Shown here one piece after another: positions 51,978 through 64,000 of a DNA stretch of 64,000 bases. Below the pieces are notes generated by a model. The model did not search any database. It was not told where the DNA came from and worked only from the letters and a program-made list of their open reading frames with translations. A program made the translations under genes and the position numbers. Source of the stretch: Callorhinchus milii (taxonomy: Eukaryota). The stretch is from contig NW_024704742.1 in assembly GCF_018977255.1 (NCBI RefSeq), forward strand, positions 83,454,001 to 83,518,000, written 5' to 3'. Positions within the stretch are counted from its first letter, which is position 1; each line of letters starts with the position of its first letter.

Positions 51978-52415
51978 TTATCACCCTCACCCAGCTCCAC
52001 TGGCTGCCCATCCCTCAGGGAATAAATTCAAAATCCTTGTTTTCAAGGCTCTCCTCAGCCTTGCTTTTTCTTATCTCTGTGACCTGCTAACCCCATATCA
52101 ACCTGCACACTCTCTCCGCTCAGCAGGCTCAGGCTGTTCCACGTCCCCCGCCCTACCATTGGTGGTCGAGCCTTCAGCCTCTCTGCACCCACCTTCAGTA
52201 CTCCATCCCACAGTCTCTTCACCTCACACCTTCCCTTGCCTCCTTCAATGCACGTCTCAAGACCCTCTGCTTCGACTGTGCCACCCTCGAACCCTCCTTG
52301 CCCTCCACCCTCGCTGTTCCCAACCCCCCAGCTCAAGTCCAAATTTCTGATTCTCCAGCACCTTGGGATGTCCTCTCAACGTGAAAGGCGCTATACAAAT
52401 GTAATTTTGCATTGT
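51978..52415 (+). mobile_element. L2 3' fragment
   Basis: CAGCTCCACTGGCTGCCCATCCCTCAG...GTGAAAGGCGCTATACAAATGTAATTTTG. Confidence 0.87.
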
Positions 52416-54149
52416 ATTTAGCAGTGGCTCAACAGCTCCTTCGGAAGAGGAAATAGAAATCATTTTTAGCACAGAAGGCGGCCAGTTCGGCCCATTGGGC
52501 CTGTGCCACTGTTTTTTTTTAAAAAAGTCCTTTTTATTAATCGAACTTTCCAGCATTTCCCCCATATCTGTCGTTGGAGCAGCCTACAAATCAATCAAAT
52601 GTGCTCTGAAAAAATTTGACCTTGTTGATGAAATGATTCTTCGGGGTAGAGTTTATCAGTGTTGCTCGACAGACGGCAGACAATGATTGGCCAAACAGAG
52701 CATAACTGATCAGTCATTGCAAGCAATGTCACAGACTACTCTGCTTTCTCAGTTGAAGAAAGCAAGAGGGAAATTAAAAGGAAAAGGGAAATGTGTGTAA
52801 AATACAAATTTGAAAAAAGGAAAAACCCAAATAAGAAAAGAACAGAACAAAAAGTGTTGCATGTTTGCATTTTGACCTTTATTTAGCATAACCATTCAAT
52901 TTTACTGACTAGTATATAAAGACAAATTAAACTTCAGAACCACAAAATGACTCGCTACGCATAAAAAAATTAAAGACAGATTATTATTATTTAATTGACA
53001 CACTTACACACAGATAGATTCATCCGAACAATTTTTCAAACTTCAAGTTTCAATGATAGATTACATCAAAAGCATAGTAGAATCTGATCTGAGTTTATTT
53101 AAGGTGACAAGTTACAAATGGACTGACAAAGCAGACAATTCCTCTATTTCTCATGTTGTGGATGGATAACAAGGAGCTGAAATACAACTAGATAAACCCA
53201 AACATATAGAGAAGATATAATTAATAAATTCTATTTTTTGAAATTTCAGATACATTTAACATTCATTGCTACAGAACTCGAACCACATTAATATATAAAG
53301 GAAAACATATTTAGATGAGATATTTAGCTACAAATATTTCTCAATCATAAAATCTTGCATTGTCTTTTGCAATAGTGACCAGGAAATAACTTTCCAAAAC
53401 AGTGTACAAGAGTTGTCAGTTTTCAATCATTTGTTTCTTTAAAAACATGAAATGAAAGTACTTTTGCTCAGTGTTAAAACCTCATGACAAAACAAATATG
53501 AAGTGAATACCTAGACTGCCCCCTACAGCTTTTCAAATACCATAATATGCAGATTGCACTAAAATAAAACGCAATATAAACTGGTAATCAGTGACAAAAA
53601 AATCCTGACATTTCTTGCACTTCATAAGATTTACCCAATTGTAAAATAAAAGCTTTCCTTCCTTAAGTTAGCTAAAATAACCAATAACCAATAACCAAAA
53701 TCCACAAAATGTGTGGATGAAGAAACAAAATGTTTTCAATATTATATCAATACAAATTTTAAGATTGCCTCCTTAGAAACACTTTTTAAACTAATTAAGT
53801 GCTTTCCAATCAGAAAGAACATAATGCCATAAGATGCACCAATTGTATTAAATTGCATTGACTAGTGGATTTTATAACAAACCTGCTGCGATAGAAAAAT
53901 ATCCAAATCTAAAATTGATTATTTTAAATTGTAAACTGTTCATAAACTCTTTTCTTCTCTCTTAGTGGGAGCTATGACAGAATTTTGCATCTTTTTAAAA
54001 ATAAGAAACATTCCAAGCTATTGAAAGGTGCCAAATCTTAAATCTTTCTTTAAAAAAAGAATGCGATAACCTGGTAAACAAAGCCTGACGGTTGAAAGAA
54101 TGTTGAGTCGATTACAAGCAAACAAAATCGCTAATCAGCAGGTGAAGAA

Positions 54150-55700
54150 TCCGCTGATCAGGGACACTTAGCACAGGGTAAATCATCTTCGACTCATTGC
54201 ATTTTGGGGACAAATAACTAAACATACATGAGAGAAATGCAATAGATTGTGTATATATGGACCGTCAGAAGTCACTGGCAGGTAACACATAAGATATAAA
54301 AGCGTAAAAGTCAGTGGTAATAGTGAAGTAGCAGTGAATAGAATAACTTACATTTATATAGCACCTTCACATAGGATAATGTCTCGTGGGAGCTTTATCA
54401 AATGATTGATAAATGGTAGGGGGAAAAGACCACAGGTGCGGGAAAAGAGTAGATGGGATTTAAAGACAGAGAGAGAGGGTGAGGTGAGGGTAAGGGGCAA
54501 ACCAATTGGTGTTTCTCAGACTGGTTGAAATGGATTTTTAGTGGTGTGCCAAAGGGTCTGCTAATTTTTATAATACATACTAATGACTTGGAAGTGGATA
54601 AAGGACTGGTTTTGTACAAATTTGCTAATATTTAATTAGATTGAATGACAAATCTTAAAAATGATATTATATGATTTCAGGAGGTCGTTGACAAACTAGA
54701 AAACAGCCAGACAGATGGTGGAGAGAGTTTAATATTGTTAAATATGAGATGCTACATTTCAGAGAAAATAATTGGAAGTGGAAGCATCTCTTAAACGATA
54801 AAACATTCAATGAGGAGGTGCAAAGGCATCTGGGGTAAAAATGCATACATAGTCAACAAAATTGGGATGGGAGGTATCAAAAGCTATCATAAATACAAAT
54901 GGATTTGTAAACAAGGATACTGAATACAATATAAATTGATATAAATATAGGACCTTTCACATTGGGAGGACTTCCCAAGGCGCTCTTGCTTGGCACTGCA
55001 GGTGGGGTTGGAAGTTGAGGGGGTTGTAGGGGAAAGATGACCAAAAGCACGATGAAAGAGACAGGTCTCAAGACAGACCTTGAACGAGGTAAGGGAGGGA
55101 GGGAGTCAGAGAGATTCATGACAGAGTTCCACAGAGTGGGAATAGAAATGTTCAGAAGCCCTCCTACTGATGGTGGGATGCCTAGGGCAAGGGACATGAA
55201 GTAGAACAATACTCGCTAAGCAAAGGGAGCAGATAGGTCAGTAGATTTTGAGGACGTTGCAGAAGTAGGGTGGGGCGAGACCGTGGAGGAATGTAAAAAT
55301 AACGAGGATCTTAAACCCGAAAATGTAACAGTAGGGAAGTTGAAATTGGTTACTTTGCAGTTGGCGTAATATGTTCAGTTTTGGGAACACCATTATAGGA
55401 CATAGAAATGGAGAGGATACAGTTCATAGTCAATAGAGTGAAACCAGGTATGATGAAATGAAAGTTTGAAGTAAAGCTGGCTAATTTGTTTTTTTCCTCG
55501 ACTGGACTAGAGCATATGATAGAAGTCTTTAAGATTTGAAAGGGAGATAATATGGTAAATAGTGAAAACCTATTTCCTTCATTTGGAAATTTGGAAACAA
55601 GTGTGTTAACAAAAAAATTAGGGGAAAGGATAAAAGGAATTTCTCAGTTAGAGGGTTATTAGGGTTTGGAATTAATTGCACGGATGGCTATTGAGGCTAG
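54150..55700 (+). mobile_element. Decayed CR1 RT fragment broken by L2 insertions (about 54345-54500 and 54950-55315, minus)
   Basis: NAIDCVYMD-like, SGVPKG, YTNDL, KFANI, VQFW and FSVRGLLGFGIN-like remnants in collinear order. Confidence 0.72.
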
Positions 55701-58700
55701 CTAGATTCATTAAAAATAATATGTATTTTCTATAATTGGATGCACATAACTGGGTTCAATGCTTTAAGTGTGACCCTACCAATAACATTACATTATTGGC
55801 TTTGTATACAATGCTGCTATATAAAACCTAGCATTCCCTGTGCATTTTTATGGCCTGTCTACCTTCATTCACTCACACGTTTAGGACCTACGTATCCAAA
55901 CAATTCTAGGCTCCAAACCTCTTACAAAGAAACAAGTGTACACAAGTGCAATTTGTTGTTGTTATCAACGACTGCATTTTGCACAGGCGAAGATAATGTA
56001 TGTCCTTGAGGGTTTCTTTTTGGAATGCATTTTGTCATTTGTTAGGTATATGTCCACTTCACAAATACAGTATATAGCTTGTGGCTCTCCTTTAAATTCT
56101 CCTTCTCTCGTTGATGTTTTATACTAAACTCTGAATGCTAAGAGGCACTATTCCAAATGTTATAATTAACGTGGATGGTTGCATTCAACATTTGTTGGTT
56201 TTCCAATCTGATCAGAATTTACGCAGCGTGCAGCTTTTGATTGTCAGTATATCCTGGTGATTGGTAATGCAGTTATATTGTGGTTACAAGAAAAAGAGCA
56301 ACATTTTCAATTACATTATCTGTTTTCTTAATAACCGAGGTAAGGGAATGTAGCTGCACTGGGTTATTAGTTTCCAACTTGAGATGCGAGACACCATTGG
56401 GAACTTCATTTGACCTTTACCAAGTAGATATTTTCACATTGCAGAATACAGAAATGAAGGTGGCAGTTCTAGTTTTAGTTTCAGACTAATAAAGTAGCAA
56501 AAGTACATTAAGTTTTGAATGATGGTCGGTTGTATCAAACTCTGGCCAATGTGAATTAAGACGTTTTTCAGTTTCTTCCCCAATTTCATTAAGAGCCAAG
56601 GCTATTCATTCCTGACAATGACATCATTTTACAAACACCAACTTTGATCCTCCAGTTCAAAAGTCCATGCAAATGTAACTATTCAGAACTCTCAGCAAAT
56701 ACTTTCTAATAGTGAACTTAATTTTCAAAAAGGAAATCACCATAGAATTTAAAATCAGTCTCAAGGCTAGAACTTGTGTACAAACTAGTGTGTTATACAA
56801 TCATTTCGCCCGCAAATATACAGTCAATTCACTTTACAGTATATTCTGTGAAGCACTTTGAGACATCTAGAAGACGTGAAAAACACTATATCAAATGCAA
56901 GAATTATTATTATTAAAAATGAAAAAGGCAGGAAAACCCTGACCTGAAAGAAATTTTCCGATGTTCTGAACATACCAAATACTTGGCTACTTCATAAATT
57001 AAGATTCACAAAACATGCTGTAAATCAAGGCACAAAACAAACAATGGAAGCTTTGATATTTGTTCCATGCTGCACATTTTGTTATTGTCAGTTGTTGAGC
57101 TAAATGCAAATTACATTATGAGAGCAGATAATAAGAATGCAATCGGGCCATATTGTTCAAGATTTCGACCATTCTGCAGATACTAAAGTAAGAATTCAAA
57201 AGAACACATTCTATAAAATGGAAGAAATTCAAACTGCAGGAAATTTGTCAATGCTAAAGCATAACTCATCCATGACCCTTTCCAAGACTTTATTACATTA
57301 CAAAATTCTTTTCAGCTATTCTAATTAACAAAACTTGAGGCTGTTGAAATCTTTAGCTGGAAGCTTGCTCTCAGTATACTGAGAGCTGTAAAGGTTCCTT
57401 TATATATGATCAATTGCCAGGACTTTCATAAATCAATGCAATAAATCAACAGATACTTTTGGATTAGCGCCAAAAGAATAATGTTCTAGCCCATAAGCTT
57501 TCAAAACTTCAACAGTCTTTTTATTTAAGAGATAAAGTGCTTCTATTATTCATTTTTTTTTCTTGTTCAGCTGGAGAGGAGGGAGGTTCCGGCACACGCA
57601 GAAACCCATCATCATGTTTACAATTATCCAGACCAGACAATGATCCACATATGTACGCCACCTACACAGTCGGGAATGGAGTGCACATTCTCCCCTGGAG
57701 GGACATACTCCACTTACCTAATTCCAGGGAGTATTAGACACAAGAGCTAAGACTTGAGGATCCCAGAGTGTATATTAAGACATTGCTGGCATTAACCAGC
57801 TGGTGAGAGGAAACACTGTGGCTTTATAGCGACAATAAAACACCGCCTGGGGAAAATATTTAATACCGTACTCTATTTCACGCGATGACCCAATATCTGC
57901 ACTGCTCTTATCCACAATTGGGCGAGCCCCATTTCATGCTGATTTTCGCTTTCCACTGTGTTAATATAAAAATATGCATCATTGGAAAGATATTTTTAAA
58001 ACATAAAAAAGTATTTGAAAAAGGGCCAGGTTTGACCAAAACCAACCTACTCGATTTTCGAAAAACTAAAAAGCAATCCTGAAAACTCACTGATGTTCCA
58101 ACCATTAGGTTGTGGTTTGGTCCTTAGCGAGTTTGTCATTCAGATGTAACTCTACAGAATTGACTGTATTCCCTGTACATATGGTATGGATGCAAGACGT
58201 TTCATTCTACATTCATGTTTTGCTAGAGAATTATATTTTCCTAATTAAAAAAATGAAAATATATGGCAGCTATAACATCAAATGCAAGGATTATTATTAT
58301 AATATTATAAGGGAGTACTAAATAATGCTAATTTTGCAAGCACAACTACAATGGAATTCCTCCAGAATTGAATCCAAGCGAACTGACCTATTTTCAGGGG
58401 AGAGCTATTTACTCAGATTACATAAGTGATTTTCCCCAAATACTGATCTTTCATTTGTTGATACACATTTCAACAAAACTCCAAAGAGTGAAATAAAGTG
58501 AGATTTCTTCTGTGCCAGTTTCAATTGTTGACTGTCTTCTCTGCAACCATTCTGACAATGAAAAATAAATCTATGTGTTTGTACCAAAATGACTGACTGG
58601 AATACAATTTAAAATGAACAAGGCTATTACTAAAGCTATTGCAAGTCAGGAATAAAAATAAGTCACCAATGATACAAAAACACTGACACAACAGTGAGAA

Positions 58701-59879
58701 GAAGGGAGATTTGCTCAAAACTAACCATTTCACTTGCACACCACTATTTTATGCAAATAGCTATAAATATAAGTGATTGACTCTTAAGAAATGGGATATA
58801 AAACCAAGATACTTAGCTTGTTATTATATTATATTATTATTATTATTTTATAAATCATTAGTTAGACTACAGTTAGTTCTGTTTTAGTCACCTCACTTTA
58901 AGGAGGATGTTAGGGCCATAGGAAGAGTGCAGAGCAGATTTGCTAGGAATATATAAGGGATGAGTGATTTGAAAGGTCTGTACAAATGTATGCTGTTGCT
59001 ATTGTTGTTTTGCTCATAGTTTTAAATTTTAATGTATAACTGGGGATGAGGCGACCCACCCACCTCTATCACTAATGTTTTGGAAAACTAAGCAGCATAA
59101 GAAATTGCAGCTCTCGTTTCATTCCAAATGCCCACAGGCCTTTTTGATATTAAATTCTTCTTCTCCACAAGGTACTTCCACAAACAGTGACGTAAAGTCT
59201 CAGAGTGATCAGGAAATTAATGAAGAAAGAACTTTTATCTTCTTCACCACAGGTGCTTCTCATATTCACATAACCCCATACTAGAGAATAGAGGTTCATG
59301 ATGAGCCACATCATCAATTGTCTGTGACTAACCAACACCACACAATTACTTCAGGTGTCTTTTCCCCTTTAGGACTAAATTGTGCTTTATCTATACTAAT
59401 AAAACGACAATGTCTATCTGCGCTTCAAGAAGGATCTCAATAACCGATTGACACAGAGACATGATTTATACCTAATCAGAAAGGTCTTGAACTTGACAGT
59501 GACATGGACATATTTGATTTCAGGTATCCCCTATCGTTATCAAGTTATTTTCAGTTTTGTGTTTTTCGCTGCAGTTACGCCTGGTAGCCGTCAAGTCAAA
59601 GTGGCGCTGTGGCATTGTGCTCACAGAGCACGGACGTAGCCAAGCAGCGGGAACAAAATAAAGAAGACAGACATAGCTAAGCTGCGTTCCTGGGCACATC
59701 ACCTTGGAGCCAGTTCAGCTCCAAGGAGACCCCACTTACCTCCCCCCTTTCTGCCAGGAAGACTCTCAAGCAATTAGATGAATGATCAACTGCATCAGTC
59801 TTGATAAATATAGGTGAAGGAGGAATATTGGTCAGGACATTATAACTCCCTGCACTATCAAATGCAAGGATTATTATTA

Positions 59880-60250
59880 TTGAAATAATAATCTTTACAT
59901 TTGGTATAGCGCTTTTCACATTAGGAGGGCATCTCAAAGTGCTTGATAAGATTTACTGTGAACTGGAGTGGCTGTGCATTTGTAGGCAACCACGGCAACC
60001 AAATTGCACCCAGCAATCTCTCACCCATAAAACAATTTTATTCTTGGCCAGGACACAAGAAGAAATTCCCTTCCATTTTTGAGTAATTTGGGTTTAGCAA
60101 TTCATTCAAAGGACTGCATCTCCAACAATACAACACATTCCAATCGTACAGGAGTGTCAGTCTAGATAATGTGAGTTCAAGTCCCAACGTGGGCTTGTAC
60201 CCACAACCTTCTCACTCAGAGGAAAGAGTGCTGTCAACTGAGCCAGACTG
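59880..60250 (-). mobile_element. Old DeuSINE
   Basis: Tail, Deu remnants and head (CCCACAACCTTCTCACTCAGAGGAAAGAGTGCTGTCAACTGAGCCA) on the minus strand. Confidence 0.75.
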
Positions 60251-61204
60251 AGATGTAAGAAACAAGAGGAAAAAGGTCATTTCAAATGTAAGGTGACAAA
60301 AGTTCTGTCTTTCTCCAGAATTCAATTCCAAGAAAAAGTAATGAAGCATTCATCAATTTTCAAAAGTATCCTATTTCAAAAATACTTGGCAAATTGAGCT
60401 TCGTAAGATTCACAGACATTTTAGGAAGGCTGGGGGGTTGGGGGGAGAGACAGAAGGTACAGCAGATTCCACACATTGTCTGTTCCAAGAAACAGGATTT
60501 AAATCATGTCCAACTAAAGAGATGAAATTATTTGCTCTCCGTTAGTTGTAAGGTGAGATGTTTATGCAGCTGTGATTCAATATTTATTAGAGACAGGTTA
60601 AAAGCTTTTTGTAATGGAACTCAAATATATCTCACTCAGGAAGTGAAATCTAACCATATGGCTGTGTGGGAAATGGAAAGGTTTCTGTAGAAGTAGTCTT
60701 TTGAGCTTGGGATTGATGTCAAGAATATTCTTGGGACTAAGTAGAGAGAATGTTATTTTGCATTTGACCAATGTTACACCTTGACTAGAGTGCTGAAATG
60801 TGGATACAAAGTGACAAATGGAAGCTTTTTGTCCCATGACTTCCATTCTTCACCCTTTATAAACATAGCATTCACCCAAAACTTTATTTTGGTAAATTTG
60901 ATTAATTAAACACACACATTTGATAGTGGGGCTTATATACATGACAAACCACTTTACTTAATGAGCTACTTTTGAAGTATAATGGCTGATAGAGGCACAC
61001 CCAACAACTGATCCTTGTTAGTATAGTCCTGAAACAGCAATTAGATGAATGTCCAACTGTATCAGTTTTGATAAATTTGAGCGAGGGAAAAATATTGGTC
61101 AGGACATTATAATTCCTTACTATACTTTAAAGTAGTATTATGGTGTCTTCATTTTAGTCTGAGTCATCAAAGAAAGCAGACAGGACCTTGGTTTAAACAT
61201 CTCA

Positions 61205-61577
61205 TGGAGTCCTGTAGCGTATTCGTTAAAGCAGTCACCTCACAAACGCGAGGACCTGGTTCGATTCCCAGGCAGGGCGAAACCTTGGACAAGTTTCCTC
61301 ACTCCACACACCTCTGTTTACCAGTAAGTTGGAACCTGGTTGTTAGTCGATTGGTGGATCGTTTTCCGGGGGTAATATTCCCTTCATAAATAAATAATTA
61401 AAAATAATAATTTGGTCACTCAATCCACGACTTTTTGTTGAAAACTGCTGTGCACAAATGGCTGCCGTGTTTCACCCACAAATTATACAGCCAATTCACT
61501 TTACAGTATATTCTGTGAAGCACTTTGCGTCTTCTCAACAACATGGTAATATATATCAAATGTAAGGATTATTATAA
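61205..61577 (+). mobile_element. Long-type tRNA/DeuSINE nested in an old minus-strand DeuSINE (about 60940-61670); possible TSD TCAT
   Basis: Host reads TTTAAACATCTCAT|insert|TCATCTGAA. TCAT at 61202-61205 and 61578-61581. Confidence 0.85.
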
Positions 61578-63429
61578 TCATCTGAACCAATAGGAGGCAG
61601 TCAATGCTGTAGCACTTTCGCAGTACTACACTGTAATGTCACCTATGAGTTCAAGTTCTGAATGAGTCTCAAACATCAGTTTTATTTAAAGTGCACTCTT
61701 TCAAGAGATCAAATCTAAATAATCTTTCTTTCAGGATACTTATTAAAGGAAGGAAAAGCACTAAATTGGAATCAGTTTGTTTTGCTTGAAATTATACATG
61801 TTCTAGTAATATAGCTATACTTATTCTAGTAATCAAAAACACTGTCAAACTTTTTTTTCCCATTTAATATAACTTACCACCCACCAAAACCTTAGGTTGG
61901 AGCCTAAACTGGCTGCCTTGAATTGAAATGATCTAAATATTATATTGAATTTTCTAAATTTACCCTGCAGAGGAAAATTGTTGATTCTACAATCCTACAG
62001 ACCATGTCTGACTGACAGAATATTGGAAAAACTGTTTGACAGAAATAATCAGTGAAGTCTCTCGCATACTGCAAGCACTTTCGAGACATCCTGAAGTGAA
62101 AGCCACAAGATAAATGTAAACTGGCGATGACTCCAGTTGTCTGTCTTCAGCTATTACCTTCCTTTTTTTTTGCAATTTCTTAGCTAATGGAGTCTCGATA
62201 ATGTGCCACTTGACTGCCCTAATGGTATGTGGTAGTTAGCCAAGATCACAAGGTTAGCATGGTAGATCAAACAAATTATTCTTTTGTTAGCTCACAAGGA
62301 GAAAGTTCACTAATCTCCCAATCAATAGGATATAATTCCACTGACCACACTATTAATATTGTATAAATAGTTTACATACAGTAAAACAAAACTAGGCAGC
62401 AGTTTTTTGTATATAAGGAGGAATTTCCATTTATCTCTTAAAACTATAATTAGCATATAGCAAGTGCAACTGAGAACCAAAATCAGAATTTATGATCTGT
62501 GTACAAGTTCCCACAGGGTAATTTTATGAACAGCATATATTGCAATACTGGACGAAGTCCAAAAACACTGGTACTATTCCAACGAGACATCTGCAAGTGG
62601 AATATCAGTCATCGAGGCTGGGGAATTTCATGATGGCATTTTTATTTACAAGGTTATACATACACTGCTGCACAAAGCTTCTACATCATGAGAATTCTTA
62701 ATTATAAACACCACTGCACGCATTCAAGTGGGCAGTCCAATTTCTTTCTGAATTAGTTTTTTCTCAGCCTGAAGCCTTTGGTTATGTTTTTCGTAAGTGT
62801 TTCACACAGTATGGTACAGTGAAATAAATTGACTGTTTGTTTCTGCCTGTGTATTTGACTCTACTGTACATATTTATTCCTGTGACAATTCTTGTATATT
62901 TCTTGCTTTGGTTACTATAACCCAGATAATAGTTATCCCTGAAGCTTGCCCTTTCCTCCATGGTATCAGTCTAGTAAATAGCTTTTTCTCCCTGTGAGAC
63001 AACAATGGCACCTGAGGCTGCTGCTGCACAAAAACAAAATTTCTTAGCAAACGTCTCCAAACAGTCAAGCTGAAAATCTAAGCCAAAGTTTCATTTTACA
63101 GCCTGTCAGTTTTCTGATGAGAAACTAATGAACATGGTACCAAACAAATCCATCAAATACAAAATCAAAACAGCTACGTTGTACATGAGATGGTGGGTGG
63201 GGGGAATGAGGGGAAGTTCAAAAATATAAACTCAAGGTTGAGATTTAATCCAGCAAAAGCACCATTATTAAGTGTTTTTTATCCTCCCCCAAATAGGCCT
63301 TTTTAAAAATAAGAAAATATGCATTAACGCTTCAAATACTACAGAAGAAATCGCTCTGGTGCAGTTGGTTCCCTGTGCCACCTGCAAGTATTCTAGTTAA
63401 AAGCTCCAATTCCCTCAGCAATTGTTGCA

Positions 63430-63680
63430 CATTTTGATATATACAGCCCCCTTCAGGTAACATCTTGAAGCACTTAAGAATGGTGGAGTTCGACACCGAG
63501 TCAGGGAAAGAGAGGCATTGACCTAAGCACGGTCGAAGAGGAAAGTCTTGAGGTGTGAACTGAAGACGGGTAAGGATGGGGCAAGAAAATAGAAATGAGG
63601 CAGAGAGCTCCAGAGTTTGGGGGCGTAGGGGCTGAAAGCACAGCTGCCAAGGATGGGGCGGATGAAATGAAAGACATGCA
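63430..63680 (-). mobile_element. Older L2 3' fragment
   Basis: GGTCGAAGAGGAAAGTCTTGAGG...CAGAGTTTGGGGGCGTAGGGGCTGAAAGCAC matches the older L2 family at 38060-38505 in reverse. Confidence 0.7.
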
Positions 63681-64000
63681 TTAGGATACATCAGGGATTG
63701 ACATGGTCACATCTAGACCATGGTAAAAGTTAGAGTCCAAGCTTTTATTTGGCTGAGAATCAGCTTTAGAGGTTGTTTTTGCGGGGGATGAACTTCTAAA
63801 CACAACATGCTCCCACCAACAAAACAGACTGTGTAAGATGAAAGAAAAAGAGGAAGAAACAGAAAGGTAGAAAGACTACAATCACACACATTAGTTAGGG
63901 AAAAGGTAGAATAACCTGATAAAAAAAGGACAGATAGAAGGGAATGAACAATGTGAAGGAAAAAGAAATCACAAGTAGAGCACAAGTAAAGTTAAACAGA

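Noticed and set aside
2264..55315. Apparent excess of young L2 copies in the same orientation as KDM4C (about 7 versus 3)
   Set aside because: The sample is too small to distinguish from chance.
1..64000. CRISPR arrays, operons, prokaryotic or viral gene clusters
   Set aside because: No regularly spaced repeats or long intact non-TE ORFs were found; the window is vertebrate intronic DNA.

Overview
Vertebrate genomic DNA, most likely a cartilaginous fish. The DeuSINE/L2/CR1 repeat content, with (ATT)n-tailed tRNA-SINEs, resembles a chimaera such as Callorhinchus; this taxonomic call is inference. The whole window appears to lie inside one minus-strand gene, the histone demethylase KDM4C (JMJD2C). 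Four phase-compatible coding exons are visible (20915-20710, 19515-19283, 15858-15494, 10467-10341). They encode the end of the JmjC catalytic core and the linker before the PHD fingers. I could not find the neighbouring exons, so 20916-64000 and 1-10340 are read as intronic. The introns contain decayed L2 and CR1 LINE fragments, young and old tRNA-derived Deu-domain SINEs (often nested), two solo LTRs with 4-bp target-site duplications, two Tc1/mariner-pogo MITEs and an unclassified dispersed repeat. Most ORFs in the supplied track are LINE/SINE fragments or noise. I found no convincing new multi-gene system. The most notable items are: a SINE-head/L2-tail chimera; a shared SINE/L2 3' stem-loop with a compensatory base-pair change; inverted L2 and SINE pairs bracketing two exons (circRNA candidate); a sense-oriented solo LTR carrying TATA and polyA signals; a perfect 34-bp palindrome; and a hairpin-rich element in a short intron. 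Repeat boundaries are estimated by eye unless a TSD or terminal repeat is quoted.
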